A model generated the notes under the pieces. It had not been told where the DNA came from and did no database searches. It saw nothing but the letters and a program-made list of their open reading frames with translations. Shown piece after piece: positions 8,069-17,751 of a stretch of DNA of 64,000 bases (the stretch's first letter is position 1; every line of letters begins with the position of its first letter). The stretch is taken from IMG/VR virus record IMGVR_UViG_3300046522_000316, positions 224,001 through 288,000 of that record; one strand, written 5' to 3'. The position numbers were made by a program, and so were the translations under genes. The DNA comes from a virus. Taxonomy: Duplodnaviria; Caudoviricetes.

Positions 8069-8772
8069 TCTGGTTTCTCCAAAAGAGTCAGACCGTGTTC
8101 AGAGATTGCAGCGATTGCTTCGCGTGCGTCTTCCTCGGACGCGTACACCCAACGCCCGTTAGGTTTATCACCCACATACAGCATCGAATTTTCCTGCGCC
8201 TTTTGCGGATCTACTTCGTTGACCACCAGCACCCACGCATGGAAATTCCATTCGTCACGGCCACCCGTGATTTTGTACGGCGTCAATTTGCTTTCGCCCT
8301 GCGCGACAGACTTGGCGAATGTGTCGCCGGTAATCAAGCACACCGGGTGTTTCTTATAACGCTCACGCTCACGATTTTCACGCAAGCGCCGACGACGCGC
8401 TTTTTCTTCTTTGGCTTCGTCGTCTTTGCGTTGTTCTTTCTCGGCAGAAATGCGCAGCGTACCCGCCGTGATTTCCTGTTCGAGTTGTTTAGCGTATTCG
8501 GTGCCGTCGAACGAACCGCACTGACTCAAAACCCGTTTGGCTTTTACCGAAATTGCCGGATGATCTTCCAGTTTCTTTTTCGGCACCAAATCAATAACTG
8601 CGGCCAGCGCGTATTCCGCTTCGGAACGCATGTCGTTGACACGGTTCAGGCGATTCATAACCGCCGTCTGCATTGCGAGAATGAGCGGCCCCATCCATTC
8701 CGGATTTTCTTCGATAACGTCCATCACGTTTTGGAAGAACCGTTCTTTTTTCATCGGATCGAAATCGTTCAT
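8065..8772 (-). CDS. hypothetical protein
   Basis: Co-directional ORF; central charged coiled coil. Confidence 0.75.
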   Translation of the reverse strand: MNDFDPMKKERFFQNVMDVIEENPEWMGPLILAMQTAVMNRLNRVNDMRSEAEYALAAVIDLVPKKKLEDHPAISVKAKRVLSQCGSFDGTEYAKQLEQEITAGTLRISAEKEQRKDDEAKEEKARRRRLRENRERERYKKHPVCLITGDTFAKSVAQGESKLTPYKITGGRDEWNFHAWVLVVNEVDPQKAQENSMLYVGDKPNGRWVYASEEDAREAIAAISEHGLTLLEKPE

Positions 8773-9428
8773 TCGTCTACGTCCTTTTCCGGCGCTGTGA
8801 ACAGATCGTTATGGTGGCGTGACAGGAAATCGGCTGCGTCACCCATCAGGCCGCTAGTCATTTCGCAAAACGCCTTGGTGAACTTGCGGTCGGCGTACAG
8901 GAATTTTGTGCGTTCCTGTTGATCACGCATACCACGCCACAACCGCATCAGTTCTTCGGGTTTGTTTTCTTCGATGAATTCGCACAGCAATTTGTGCAAA
9001 CCTTTTCTGTACCATTCCACCATTATTTCGGTGTCATGGTCGCGGTCGTAATCGCCCAGTGTCACAGGCAGCACCAAACGCCAGCGCTCAGGTGCCGACG
9101 CAATGAAATCAATTGCAGCCACCGCGCCGTTGCCGTAACCCAAGCGAACCAGTGCATCACGTTCGTCGAAGGCTTCTACAGCATCCATTTGCGAATTTTT
9201 GCTGCGCCAGAAAACCCACCACGTGCCCAGTGTGCGAATTTCGGTGTTGCCGTTTTTCAGCGACAGGCGCAGGTCGCCCAACCGAGTAAAGAAACTGATT
9301 TCTTCAGCTGTTGGATTTTGGTAGTTCTTCAGGTCGAAATGCGCCAGCAAATCGCTGATCAATTTTTCGTGATTCACTTGGCGTTCTCCACGCACATTTT
9401 CACGTCGTGGGAACGAACCAGCACCCAC
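8769..9428 (-). CDS. hypothetical protein (start probably GTG near 9378)
   Basis: Co-directional ORF. Confidence 0.7.
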   Translation of the reverse strand: MGAGSFPRRENVRGERQVNHEKLISDLLAHFDLKNYQNPTAEEISFFTRLGDLRLSLKNGNTEIRTLGTWWVFWRSKNSQMDAVEAFDERDALVRLGYGNGAVAAIDFIASAPERWRLVLPVTLGDYDRDHDTEIMVEWYRKGLHKLLCEFIEENKPEELMRLWRGMRDQQERTKFLYADRKFTKAFCEMTSGLMGDAADFLSRHHNDLFTAPEKDVDE

Positions 9429-10150
9429 ACCTTCGTCGGCTCAACTTTGATTTCCGGCAAAACGTAATTGCTGGTAATCGAATAATGTTCCTTCGCAGGA
9501 ATAAAAGTGAACGGGCCGTCCGTGAGGAAATTGCCGTGTGCTTCTGGCGCGTGCCCATCGACATAAACCTGCCCGACCGGCGAACCGAGGGAAAGCGTCA
9601 TGCTGTTGAAATTGTGGTGCGCCACACGTTCGCTTTCGTGGTCGTTGTAGCTGTTGTTCACCACGTAGTAATCGTTGGACGCCAGAAATTTATAAAACGG
9701 CGTGTGGCCCAAGCGATTCAATTTCACCCACGCCTGAACGCCGATACGAATTGCATTAACGCCGTCGCGACCTTCCACGTCACGCGTGTATGCCGTGAAC
9801 TCTACCCACTCCGGGGCCTTGGTCAATTCACGGGCGTAGTGGGCGTAGTGAGCCATACAGCACGACAGCCGAATATAATCCGCGACCGCTTTTGTTTCTT
9901 CGTCGGTCTTCGGGGCGAACAGCTGGTCGTGCCAGTCCCAATCAACGCCGTCGCCGTGCGTCTGCACTTTCTTGCGGTAAACGTTGATCGTGTTTTTGTT
10001 GAAGTTGAACCGAATACCTTCGGCCTGAATTATACAGCCCCAGCGCGACGGTTCATTTTCGAACGGGATGGCACGCGTGGTGAAATATTCCAGCACGAAA
10101 TTAATGTGCTTTTGTAGCGGATGTGGTGCAGTCATTCTCATACGTCCCAT
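9374..10150 (-). CDS. hypothetical protein
   Basis: Co-directional ORF. Confidence 0.75.
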   Translation of the reverse strand: MGRMRMTAPHPLQKHINFVLEYFTTRAIPFENEPSRWGCIIQAEGIRFNFNKNTINVYRKKVQTHGDGVDWDWHDQLFAPKTDEETKAVADYIRLSCCMAHYAHYARELTKAPEWVEFTAYTRDVEGRDGVNAIRIGVQAWVKLNRLGHTPFYKFLASNDYYVVNNSYNDHESERVAHHNFNSMTLSLGSPVGQVYVDGHAPEAHGNFLTDGPFTFIPAKEHYSITSNYVLPEIKVEPTKVWVLVRSHDVKMCVENAK

Positions 10151-10923
10151 TCATGAGGAAAAATAAGCGGCAGCGGCATTTGATCGCGTGGAACGAGTAC
10201 GAGGAAATTATCCTGCATTACGCGGCCCTCTACGATTTGAATGCCTACGGCTTCGCATTCTTCTTTGTTGTTCACGACCATTATCTGTCGGCGCTCAAAC
10301 CACGCCAACACCATGTTCGTATCGACCGGCAAATAATCGAAAGGCTTGTATGCGCTTTCGGCCCACACCTTGAACGGCCCCTGATTCAATTTCGTGAATT
10401 CTTTTTGCTTGAGCAAGAAAGGTTTTTTCACGCCGACGAATTTCGCCTTTGTTCCTGCGTCACTGATCACGCGCCGGTAAGCTTCGTGATTGCTGTTCAG
10501 GCCGCGCACGCGGTACAGGGCATAGAGGCTTATATAATCTGCATCGTCCCAATACTTGCGGCCCTTCAGGAAAGAACGCTCGCCAACCGCAAACACGATT
10601 TCAGGAACATTGAAGCCGGGCATTGTGCGCCAGCGTCGGAATTCCTGCGCGATATCCGCAACGCCTGTCAGCGCTTCGAGTGCCGTATCGGAATAGCGAA
10701 ACTTCCCGATAATGATTGGCCCCATTGTTGCGAGATTTACGATGTGGTCGGAATACGCGTAGGCCCGGATCACGTATTCGGTTGCGTTGAACGTGACGGT
10801 CAAGCCATCGGTCGCGACTTCATTTTCAGAATCTGCAAACGGCACCGTGCGACCATCCAGCAGGTCAATAAAATGCTGCTGAAAATTAACTGGCAACATT
10901 GTTAATCTCCATATACCCGGCAA
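10138..10923 (-). CDS. hypothetical protein
   Basis: Co-directional ORF. Confidence 0.75.
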   Translation of the reverse strand: MPGIWRLTMLPVNFQQHFIDLLDGRTVPFADSENEVATDGLTVTFNATEYVIRAYAYSDHIVNLATMGPIIIGKFRYSDTALEALTGVADIAQEFRRWRTMPGFNVPEIVFAVGERSFLKGRKYWDDADYISLYALYRVRGLNSNHEAYRRVISDAGTKAKFVGVKKPFLLKQKEFTKLNQGPFKVWAESAYKPFDYLPVDTNMVLAWFERRQIMVVNNKEECEAVGIQIVEGRVMQDNFLVLVPRDQMPLPLIFPHEWDV

Positions 10924-11986
10924 TCACATTGTAGAAATCGGACACGCCCAACCGATCATCTGTACGCAATTCCACGCGCAGATAACCGCCGTTCTTTTCC
11001 AGTACGAAAATCAGATACGTTTGGCCCGCCCGATCTTTTGCGTCAACCAGAATGCCGACGTGTTTCTGATTGTCGTTTCGTACAACGGTGAATTCGTTGC
11101 GCCCGCTCACAAACGCCGTCAGCTTTTCGCAGTTTGCCAGCCGGTCTTTGATGCCGTCGATTGCGGCCATGCCTGTGCAGTCGTGAATGCCACGCGTACC
11201 ACCGGTTGGGACATTGGTAATTACTTCGTTCACGTGGCCGATTAAATCCGCGCCCTGTGTCACCAAATCGAATTCTTTGTGGCCCCCATTCGAATCATCG
11301 ACCAGAACCATTTTGTTCGCCTTGCGGAATTTCACGGTGATACTCCCGCCGATTTTGTAAACGATGCCTACGCCTTCCGGCCCGTATTCAAAACTCCGGT
11401 CATACAGCGCCGCCAAACGTTCCAGCGAACTTGCCAATTGATCCCCCGTGTTCGGCACAATGTCTACGCCTTCAATGTGGTGCTTCCAGCGCTCTATAAG
11501 CTGCGCCAGCTTGTGCGGCCTGTAACCCTCTTTAAAGAGTTCGCGCAACGCCATCAGTTCGTGCCCCAGCTTCACGTGGTTAGCGTTGGCTGGCAGGCGT
11601 ACAGGCGTCACCGTATCGGCCACCACAACGCCGTTTGCTACGCAGATAATCGGCAACGTGCCTTCCACGAAACGCACAAGGTTTGCAATGCGCAACCCGG
11701 CAAAAGGAAACGCGGTCACGACCAGTTTGTCAGTCGAACGCACGAACTTATTGTCGTACATAAAACTCAACAAACCTTCGGCCACCAGTTGCGGGCTGTA
11801 GCCGTCGAGTTCTTCAGCGACTTTAGGAATCACGTTCGCGAAAATCTCACGGGTCTTGCGCCCGAACTTATCGTAAACCACGACAGCGGAATTCGCGGAC
11901 TGGTAAATATTGTCCACGATGAAAACGTCAAAGACTTCACCGAAGGCGCGGCGGTCTTCAAACAGATCCATTAATTGCATGCTCAT
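10886..11986 (-). CDS. hypothetical protein
   Basis: 366-aa co-directional ORF. Confidence 0.8.
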   Translation of the reverse strand: MSMQLMDLFEDRRAFGEVFDVFIVDNIYQSANSAVVVYDKFGRKTREIFANVIPKVAEELDGYSPQLVAEGLLSFMYDNKFVRSTDKLVVTAFPFAGLRIANLVRFVEGTLPIICVANGVVVADTVTPVRLPANANHVKLGHELMALRELFKEGYRPHKLAQLIERWKHHIEGVDIVPNTGDQLASSLERLAALYDRSFEYGPEGVGIVYKIGGSITVKFRKANKMVLVDDSNGGHKEFDLVTQGADLIGHVNEVITNVPTGGTRGIHDCTGMAAIDGIKDRLANCEKLTAFVSGRNEFTVVRNDNQKHVGILVDAKDRAGQTYLIFVLEKNGGYLRVELRTDDRLGVSDFYNVIAGYMEINNVAS

Positions 11987-12387
11987 GCTGATTGTTCCTT
12001 ATATTCGTCTTCGAATGATTCGCGAAGCCCGGTGGCCTCGGCTAATTTTTGATCCCAATTTCTCAGATAGGTATTGTCGTTGCCTATGTGAATCATTTGG
12101 GGTTTCCCGGTAACTGGGTTGCACACCGCAAAGCGATGTTTAACTTGGCTACCGTCTTTCACCGTGTAATGCGTGATGCCCACGGGAAGCTCACTCGTTT
12201 TATTTGAGCGAGCTTTTGTTTCGAGTTTACGCGGTGGTGCGTCTTCCGGTTCAATTTCGCGCACAGCAGCGGCATACGCTTGCTCACGGCTACCGAAATC
12301 AGAATCGTAAAACTTTGTGCGCTGGGTTCCAAAGCGCTCGGGGATGTACCATCCGGTTTGGATGGCGTTACGATAAATCTTTTTCAT
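11983..12387 (-). CDS. AP2-like DNA-binding domain protein
   Basis: GWYIP..RTKFYDSDFGSREQAYAAAVR resembles the AP2 pattern W....K.F....G..EA...A..R; SNKTSELPVGI linker and a second similar unit. Confidence 0.55.
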   Translation of the reverse strand: MKKIYRNAIQTGWYIPERFGTQRTKFYDSDFGSREQAYAAAVREIEPEDAPPRKLETKARSNKTSELPVGITHYTVKDGSQVKHRFAVCNPVTGKPQMIHIGNDNTYLRNWDQKLAEATGLRESFEDEYKEQSA

Positions 12388-13016
12388 GGTTTGGCATAAT
12401 AAACACTCGCTTCGTGGGCCGGAATAACGGCACTCATAAAATCACCCGTGGGCGCTGTGAAAACATCAAGGCGCCGGAATTCTTCTTCAAGCTCTTCGAT
12501 TTGTTGGCGGTTTTCCATCTGCACCACGAATGCGTTTTCACGCACCGGGCACAACGTCCAGCAATAACGGTCGGTGCGCAAATGATTGCGCCGCGTGTCG
12601 ATCCAGATTTTCTTTCCTGCACCGTCACCAACGTAGGCATAACGACGCGCCTCGGGCACGTGGTCAAGATCCACGCCCAACACATCAATAAACTTACGGC
12701 GGAACTTAGGCGAGACTACAGACGCCCCACGCACCCATTTAGAACGCGTCTCGGGTTTGCATACGGCGTCGAGGTTCACGCCCTGCCGTTGCAGTTCGAG
12801 AATGTGGTAGGCGTACAGGGCCAACCGCCATTCATTTTCGAAGTCGTCAAGAATGCTAAGCGCCTTCACTTCTTCCAACGGCGGCAAATACATTCCCGTG
12901 CCATAAGCGTGCAGCGTTGCGGTTGCGCGCTCAACAGACCAATCCATTTTGGCAGCGAAAGAATCGACGATAGAACGATTGCCTGCCATAGCACCAATCG
13001 ACGAATAAAACATCAT
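12384..13016 (-). CDS. hypothetical protein
   Basis: Co-directional ORF. Confidence 0.7.
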   Translation of the reverse strand: MMFYSSIGAMAGNRSIVDSFAAKMDWSVERATATLHAYGTGMYLPPLEEVKALSILDDFENEWRLALYAYHILELQRQGVNLDAVCKPETRSKWVRGASVVSPKFRRKFIDVLGVDLDHVPEARRYAYVGDGAGKKIWIDTRRNHLRTDRYCWTLCPVRENAFVVQMENRQQIEELEEEFRRLDVFTAPTGDFMSAVIPAHEASVYYAKP

Positions 13017-13066
13017 GAAAAACCCTCTGATCCCGATTTGGTTTCTTAAAAAATTTACTGCCGTGT

Positions 13067-13101
13067 AAAAAATAAATGGGCCACCTATCCAAGCATGGCC
13101 C
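13067..13101 (-). terminator. intrinsic terminator
   Basis: GGGCCAU..GUGGCCC stem followed by AUUUAUUUUUU, right after the stop of 13108..14631. Confidence 0.8.
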
Positions 13102-13107
13102 GGCGCG

Positions 13108-14631
13108 TCAGACGAAAGTCACGCTGTTCATAAAGAACGAATCGTCGTTCGGGCTAATACCCGTTTCCGGATGGAAATTCGATTCTGCTTCTGCGCTGAT
13201 AGGCAGATGCATCACGTTGTGTTCATCGACATAAATGCCGTGGATATTCAGAATCGCACGACCTGTACTCAAATTGCTCTGGTGTTCACGCAGACTGGCA
13301 ACGCCGCGATGCGGGCCGTTGTCGTAAACTTTGTTGTCCAGATAATAAACGCGGAAATCCATTTCATGAACGGACATTCGATATTCGTCAAACGCGCCTG
13401 CGGAATCTTCGCGCTCGAACAAAACGCCGCGTGGTGCTTCCGCCGCCAGCAGCAAAAATTCTGCCGCTGTAAAGTGTGCGCCGCTGCCCATCAAACGAAT
13501 CGACTTACCCGGCAACGACGACATGAACGCAGACGGGTTCTGTTGAATGTCTTGAATGATTTCGAATTCCATCCCGGCAACGGCCTTGCGGTCGAAGCCT
13601 ACGCCTTTCAGAACGGTTTCCAGTTGATCCCCGCTCAGGGTATCGAAGTAATGGAAAACACGCTCTACGGCGTCCTGCAAGCTCGCTGTAGTGGCGAAGA
13701 ACGAATAGCCTTGCTTGTCCTCGCCTACGATCACTTCTACGCGATCCTTGCGCACCACGGCACGGAATACGCTGGTGATGAAAGTCCACGAAAGATCGCG
13801 AACGTCAGCGGCCTTGTTTGCGTAGTGGCGGAAAGTGGTCGGCCACAATTCCAGCATTGCCCGGAACGCCTTCAGCTGCACCAGACTTTCGTAATCTTGA
13901 AAATCGACGTGCTGCACGTTGCGTTCATAATCGTCGGTCAGATTATGCACCCGATCCAAATCACGCGCCGTGAACAAATCGTAAACTTCGTCACCGGCAG
14001 AATATTTCACTACCGGCGTTTTGCGCGGTTGGAAATTCTGGTCGTCTGCCAGCGGCGAACCTGCCAGCAAATAAATGCCGTGAGTCGCCAAATTTTCCAG
14101 CGTGCCTTCTGAAGGCGATGCAACTTCGTCACGCCAGTTTTTAATCGACTGCGCACTGAACAGGCCGTGCAGCGTTTGGATTTCACCCGGTGACATTTGG
14201 TCGATGTTGTGGCTGATCAACGCACGACGGAAAGCGCGCAGAACATCCTGCTTCGTGTCTTCGTCCATCGTGTGCAGCATTTTCGAACTGAACCGGGTAA
14301 TCAGGTTCGGCACATTGTCTTCTGCATAATCGACGTACAGACGTGCGTCGTCGGAAGTCTGGAACATTTGCACGTACTGCACGATGCCATTGCCACGCTC
14401 GCGCCACAGGTCACGGAATTGCAGCGGCTTTACTTTGTCAGCCTTCGGAGTTTTCACCGGCTCTTTCGGCGTGGCTTCTACCGGGCGATCCGGACGGCCT
14501 TTTGCAACACGCTTTTTCTCTACCTTTTTCTCAACGACAGGTTTTGCAGCCGCTGCCTTTTTCGCCGTAGCGGGTTTCTTTTCCACTGGCGATTTAGCGG
14601 CGTCTTCTTTGCGGATAATTTTTGCTGGCAT
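13108..14631 (-). CDS. hypothetical protein with Lys/Ala/Pro-rich N-terminus
   Basis: 507 aa; KKPATAKKAAAAKPVVEKKVEKKR; SD AGGAGA. Confidence 0.85.
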   Translation of the reverse strand: MPAKIIRKEDAAKSPVEKKPATAKKAAAAKPVVEKKVEKKRVAKGRPDRPVEATPKEPVKTPKADKVKPLQFRDLWRERGNGIVQYVQMFQTSDDARLYVDYAEDNVPNLITRFSSKMLHTMDEDTKQDVLRAFRRALISHNIDQMSPGEIQTLHGLFSAQSIKNWRDEVASPSEGTLENLATHGIYLLAGSPLADDQNFQPRKTPVVKYSAGDEVYDLFTARDLDRVHNLTDDYERNVQHVDFQDYESLVQLKAFRAMLELWPTTFRHYANKAADVRDLSWTFITSVFRAVVRKDRVEVIVGEDKQGYSFFATTASLQDAVERVFHYFDTLSGDQLETVLKGVGFDRKAVAGMEFEIIQDIQQNPSAFMSSLPGKSIRLMGSGAHFTAAEFLLLAAEAPRGVLFEREDSAGAFDEYRMSVHEMDFRVYYLDNKVYDNGPHRGVASLREHQSNLSTGRAILNIHGIYVDEHNVMHLPISAEAESNFHPETGISPNDDSFFMNSVTFV

Positions 14632-14651
14632 TTGGTGTTTCTCCTAAAGGC

Positions 14652-14674
14652 GGGGGCCGCGTTGGCATGCCCCC
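14652..14674 (-). promoter_or_regulatory. intergenic hairpin
   Basis: GGGGGC...GCCCCC inverted repeat between genes. Confidence 0.45.
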
Positions 14675-14685
14675 TGTTCGGTATT

Positions 14686-15492
14686 TTAGATTTTGGTTTC
14701 TTGCGCTGCCAGTTCGGCAAAGCGAGAGTCGATGGTGCAGAGATATTTCAAGATGCGTTTCGGGAAATTCAGAACCGAAACCGCACCGCTGTAGATTTCA
14801 TGCGACGACGATTGACCGCTGTTCATGTCGTGGAAGAACAGGAGTTCGCCAACCGTCATTTTGTAATAACGAGTGTGGCCGTAATTTGGCACACGCTCTT
14901 GCAGACGTTTCCACGCTGCATCCGAACCACGCCCAAGCATGAGCAATTCGAATTCGTTTTTGCTTACAACGGTCAACACATGCACGTTGCCGAAACGGGT
15001 CACGGTGTTTTCGAACCAGCGCGCACGGAATTCCTGATCAACAAGGGCCTGCACATATTCAACGCGCTCGCCGGTTTCGTCAGCGATGATTGCCATTTGC
15101 TCGGCGGTAGGAATAAACGTGCCGTTGTGGCGGAACAATTGTTCGCGCAGGCTCGGCAGTGGCAACGATTTAAACGTTTCCACATACAGGTTCACAAAGT
15201 CGGTGAACGGTGTCGCGGTTTCCGCTTCGTCGAAATACTCGCCAACCTGATAAACGTGCGGACGTTCAACGCGGGTTTTCTTTCCACGGATAAGCCATTG
15301 CTTGGCAACGCCCAACTGGCGAACGTCGAGCATTGTCCAAACATTCGGGCACGCCTGATTAAAAAGCAGGTCGGCTTCCTCACGGGACAACGCAATTACG
15401 TGCGCTTCCATTTTCTTCACCACGGTATCCAACACGGTGAAAATGTAGTGGAACGAATAAAGCGGGCTAGTAGTACGTGCATTTGCAGCCAT
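14686..15492 (-). CDS. hypothetical protein
   Basis: Co-directional ORF. Confidence 0.75.
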   Translation of the reverse strand: MAANARTTSPLYSFHYIFTVLDTVVKKMEAHVIALSREEADLLFNQACPNVWTMLDVRQLGVAKQWLIRGKKTRVERPHVYQVGEYFDEAETATPFTDFVNLYVETFKSLPLPSLREQLFRHNGTFIPTAEQMAIIADETGERVEYVQALVDQEFRARWFENTVTRFGNVHVLTVVSKNEFELLMLGRGSDAAWKRLQERVPNYGHTRYYKMTVGELLFFHDMNSGQSSSHEIYSGAVSVLNFPKRILKYLCTIDSRFAELAAQETKI

Positions 15493-15511
15493 TGATGAAA
15501 CCTCGTAGGGG

Positions 15512-15763
15512 CTAGTAGAAACACAAAAGAAGAAACAGCAAACCGAACATCACCATATTGGCGCGTTCGACTTTGGCAGTGCTTGGATCGGTAGCGCGTC
15601 CAACAAAGAACAGCGCAACCACACAAACCAGAAAACCGATGATACCAATCACAGCGTGCGCCGTTGGAATGCGTAACGCAGTTCCAAACAGCACTATAAG
15701 CAGCCCCACAAAACCATAGTGGGGGCGCATCCATACAGCGTGCCTAGCTTTCATTGTACCCAT
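15512..15763 (-). CDS. small multi-pass membrane protein
   Basis: Three hydrophobic segments; SD AAGGGA 7 nt upstream. Confidence 0.7.
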   Translation of the reverse strand: MGTMKARHAVWMRPHYGFVGLLIVLFGTALRIPTAHAVIGIIGFLVCVVALFFVGRATDPSTAKVERANMVMFGLLFLLLCFY

Positions 15764-15771
15764 CGAAACTT

Positions 15772-15871
15772 CCCTTAATCCGTGAGGGTTGTATGACCGG
15801 GCAGCGAATGCCCAGCCGCCATACTGGCATCGCTAGGCGTCCGGTGTCAAGTTCTCCACGCGGATCAAGGG
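15772..15871 (-). ncRNA. candidate structured leader RNA / cis-regulatory element
   Basis: 11-bp closing stem CCCUUGAUCCG/CGGAUUAAGGG overlaps the SD; inner stems GUAUG/CAUAC and GCUGGGCA/UGCCCGGU; an alternative pairing set exists. Confidence 0.55.
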
Positions 15872-15898
15872 TTTAGGCTCTGAAGCTGCTGTAGGGCG

Positions 15899-16357
15899 TT
15901 AGGCGTCGTTGGCCTCGGCAAGCAGGGCCGCGACCTTCGCCAGCTTCACGGCTTCGTGCTGCTCGGGCGACATGATAGAGGCCAACCCGGCGTCGATATC
16001 GAACCACTGGCGTTTGCGCAGTTCGAACTCTTCCCAATTCACATACGACAGGAAAGAGGCGCGATAGAAAATCTCACGCTGAATCTTTTCGTCGTGCGTC
16101 TCGGTTGCCGGGTAATGCAAAACTTCGTCGTAAATCTTTTCGTGCAGTTGAATGCCGACGCCTGCCTCTTCCGCATATTCCTTCTTGGCGTTTTCTTCTG
16201 GCGTCAAACCTTCTTCGACGCCACCTTTCGGCAAAACCCACAGGCCGGGGAATTTCAAAGACGTGACCAACATCACTTTCGAAATGGTGTTATCCAGCAT
16301 CACGGCGCCGGAAGTGGTGCGGGTGTAATTCAGGTTTTCAGATTTTTGAACGAACAT
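15899..16357 (-). CDS. Nudix hydrolase
   Basis: WVLPKGGVEEGLTPEENAKKEYAEEAGV Nudix box, resembling the DIPP/Ap6A-hydrolase type. Confidence 0.9.
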   Translation of the reverse strand: MFVQKSENLNYTRTTSGAVMLDNTISKVMLVTSLKFPGLWVLPKGGVEEGLTPEENAKKEYAEEAGVGIQLHEKIYDEVLHYPATETHDEKIQREIFYRASFLSYVNWEEFELRKRQWFDIDAGLASIMSPEQHEAVKLAKVAALLAEANDA

Positions 16358-16382
16358 GCGTGTTCCTTAAATGGTCAGCGAA

Positions 16383-16625
16383 TTAATAGCGTGCGGAATT
16401 TTGGCGTGCGGCCTGCGCCAGCATCACAAGGTTTTCCAGATCGTCGAAACCTTGCCAACCTTTGCCGTTGTGAATTTCCATACCGGCCACCACGTCAGTT
16501 TTGCACACGTGGTCAGAAAGATCAGAGCGGTACGATTCCTCGGATTCGTTTTCGTGCGGGGCGCGGAAGCCGTACATTTGTGCAGCGCCTGCCAACTGCG
16601 TCATATCTTTGAATTTGGTACGCAT
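16383..16625 (-). CDS. hypothetical protein
   Basis: TAATG overlap. Confidence 0.65.
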   Translation of the reverse strand: MRTKFKDMTQLAGAAQMYGFRAPHENESEESYRSDLSDHVCKTDVVAGMEIHNGKGWQGFDDLENLVMLAQAARQNSARY

Positions 16626-17368
16626 TATTTTTCCTCCCGTGGAACCATAAGGTAAGTCATGTCGGAACCGAATACGGAACCGAACAAATCCATCAAACGC
16701 TGGTCAACCGTGAACTTCAGATCGAAGTTATCGAAATCGACGCGGATTGTGTAGGCGCGTGCCGTCATGTGGTGCCACACCATGAGGAAATGTTCGTCCT
16801 CACTGGTATTTTCAGGCGGTATATAAAGTTCACCACGGCCATACGCAACACGCTGTGCGTATGCGTTATGTGTAACCCGCTGAAACAGATCGTGAACCAA
16901 AAGGCGACAGCGCTGAATTTCAAACTGATCATCGACCGGGTGTGCGCCTTGCAGCGTTTTCGCGATAGTGAATTTCAGTTCCGTTTCGTAGTAATGCACG
17001 AACGTTTTGATAATGGTCGCCATGCCCATAAGGTCGAGCAACCCAACGTCACCGGGATAACCCCAGTGAACAATTGGCCCACGGCCCGGAATCAAATACA
17101 GCAGCGAGTAACCGTTATGAAAAAGCCGATCACGATCATCTGCCGTCACGTATTCGAACTGCATGTTTAGATTCGGACGTGCAGGCACAAACGGTTCACG
17201 TGCAGTTCGTAGCCAGTCTTCGACCATTGCCTTCACAATAAAATGCGAATACTGCTTGGGCTTGGATGCGCAATAAATCATTGCGTGATTAATTTTCGCG
17301 TTAGGCTGGGTGCAGGCGTCTTTATCAAACGTCAAACTGAATTTCGGAATAGCACGTTGTAAAATCAC
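16625..17368 (-). CDS. hypothetical protein
   Basis: Co-directional ORF. Confidence 0.75.
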   Translation of the reverse strand: MILQRAIPKFSLTFDKDACTQPNAKINHAMIYCASKPKQYSHFIVKAMVEDWLRTAREPFVPARPNLNMQFEYVTADDRDRLFHNGYSLLYLIPGRGPIVHWGYPGDVGLLDLMGMATIIKTFVHYYETELKFTIAKTLQGAHPVDDQFEIQRCRLLVHDLFQRVTHNAYAQRVAYGRGELYIPPENTSEDEHFLMVWHHMTARAYTIRVDFDNFDLKFTVDQRLMDLFGSVFGSDMTYLMVPREEK

Positions 17369-17751
17369 AGCAGCCCCTTTTCAATCAAATAGTCTTCGAT
17401 TGCTTCACGTGCAACCCGGTCAATTTGTTTTGCGCGTCGGCCTTTCTTCGCCAGTTTCATTTTCTCATGGCGTTTTTTCATCAGCCGATCATGCAGCACC
17501 ATTCCAGCAACCCAACCGGCCCCAGCGCCTACGCAACTGAAAAGCGAGTAATACGGGTTTTCCATCTTGAGTGCAGCAACGCCAATCGTCAGCATAATAA
17601 TCAATTCGCAGGCGCTCATTGCAGACCCGCCACAAAATGCCATGATCTTGTGACCGCCTGAAGCTGCCTTGCTCTGCATTCCACGCAAAAGAGTAGTGAC
17701 GAATAAAACACCACTCATGGACAATACAGTTGTCGCCATGTGCCAATCCAC
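17365..17751 (-). CDS. three-TM membrane protein
   Basis: Hydrophobic segments and a basic C-terminal tail. Confidence 0.7.
   Translation of the reverse strand: MDWHMATTVLSMSGVLFVTTLLRGMQSKAASGGHKIMAFCGGSAMSACELIIMLTIGVAALKMENPYYSLFSCVGAGAGWVAGMVLHDRLMKKRHEKMKLAKKGRRAKQIDRVAREAIEDYLIEKGLL

Noticed and set aside
15872-15885. GCCUAAACC resembling part of the c-di-GMP-I riboswitch
   Set aside because: The GNRA/receptor and GCAAA/GGACGCAAA core elements are missing or not correctly placed.
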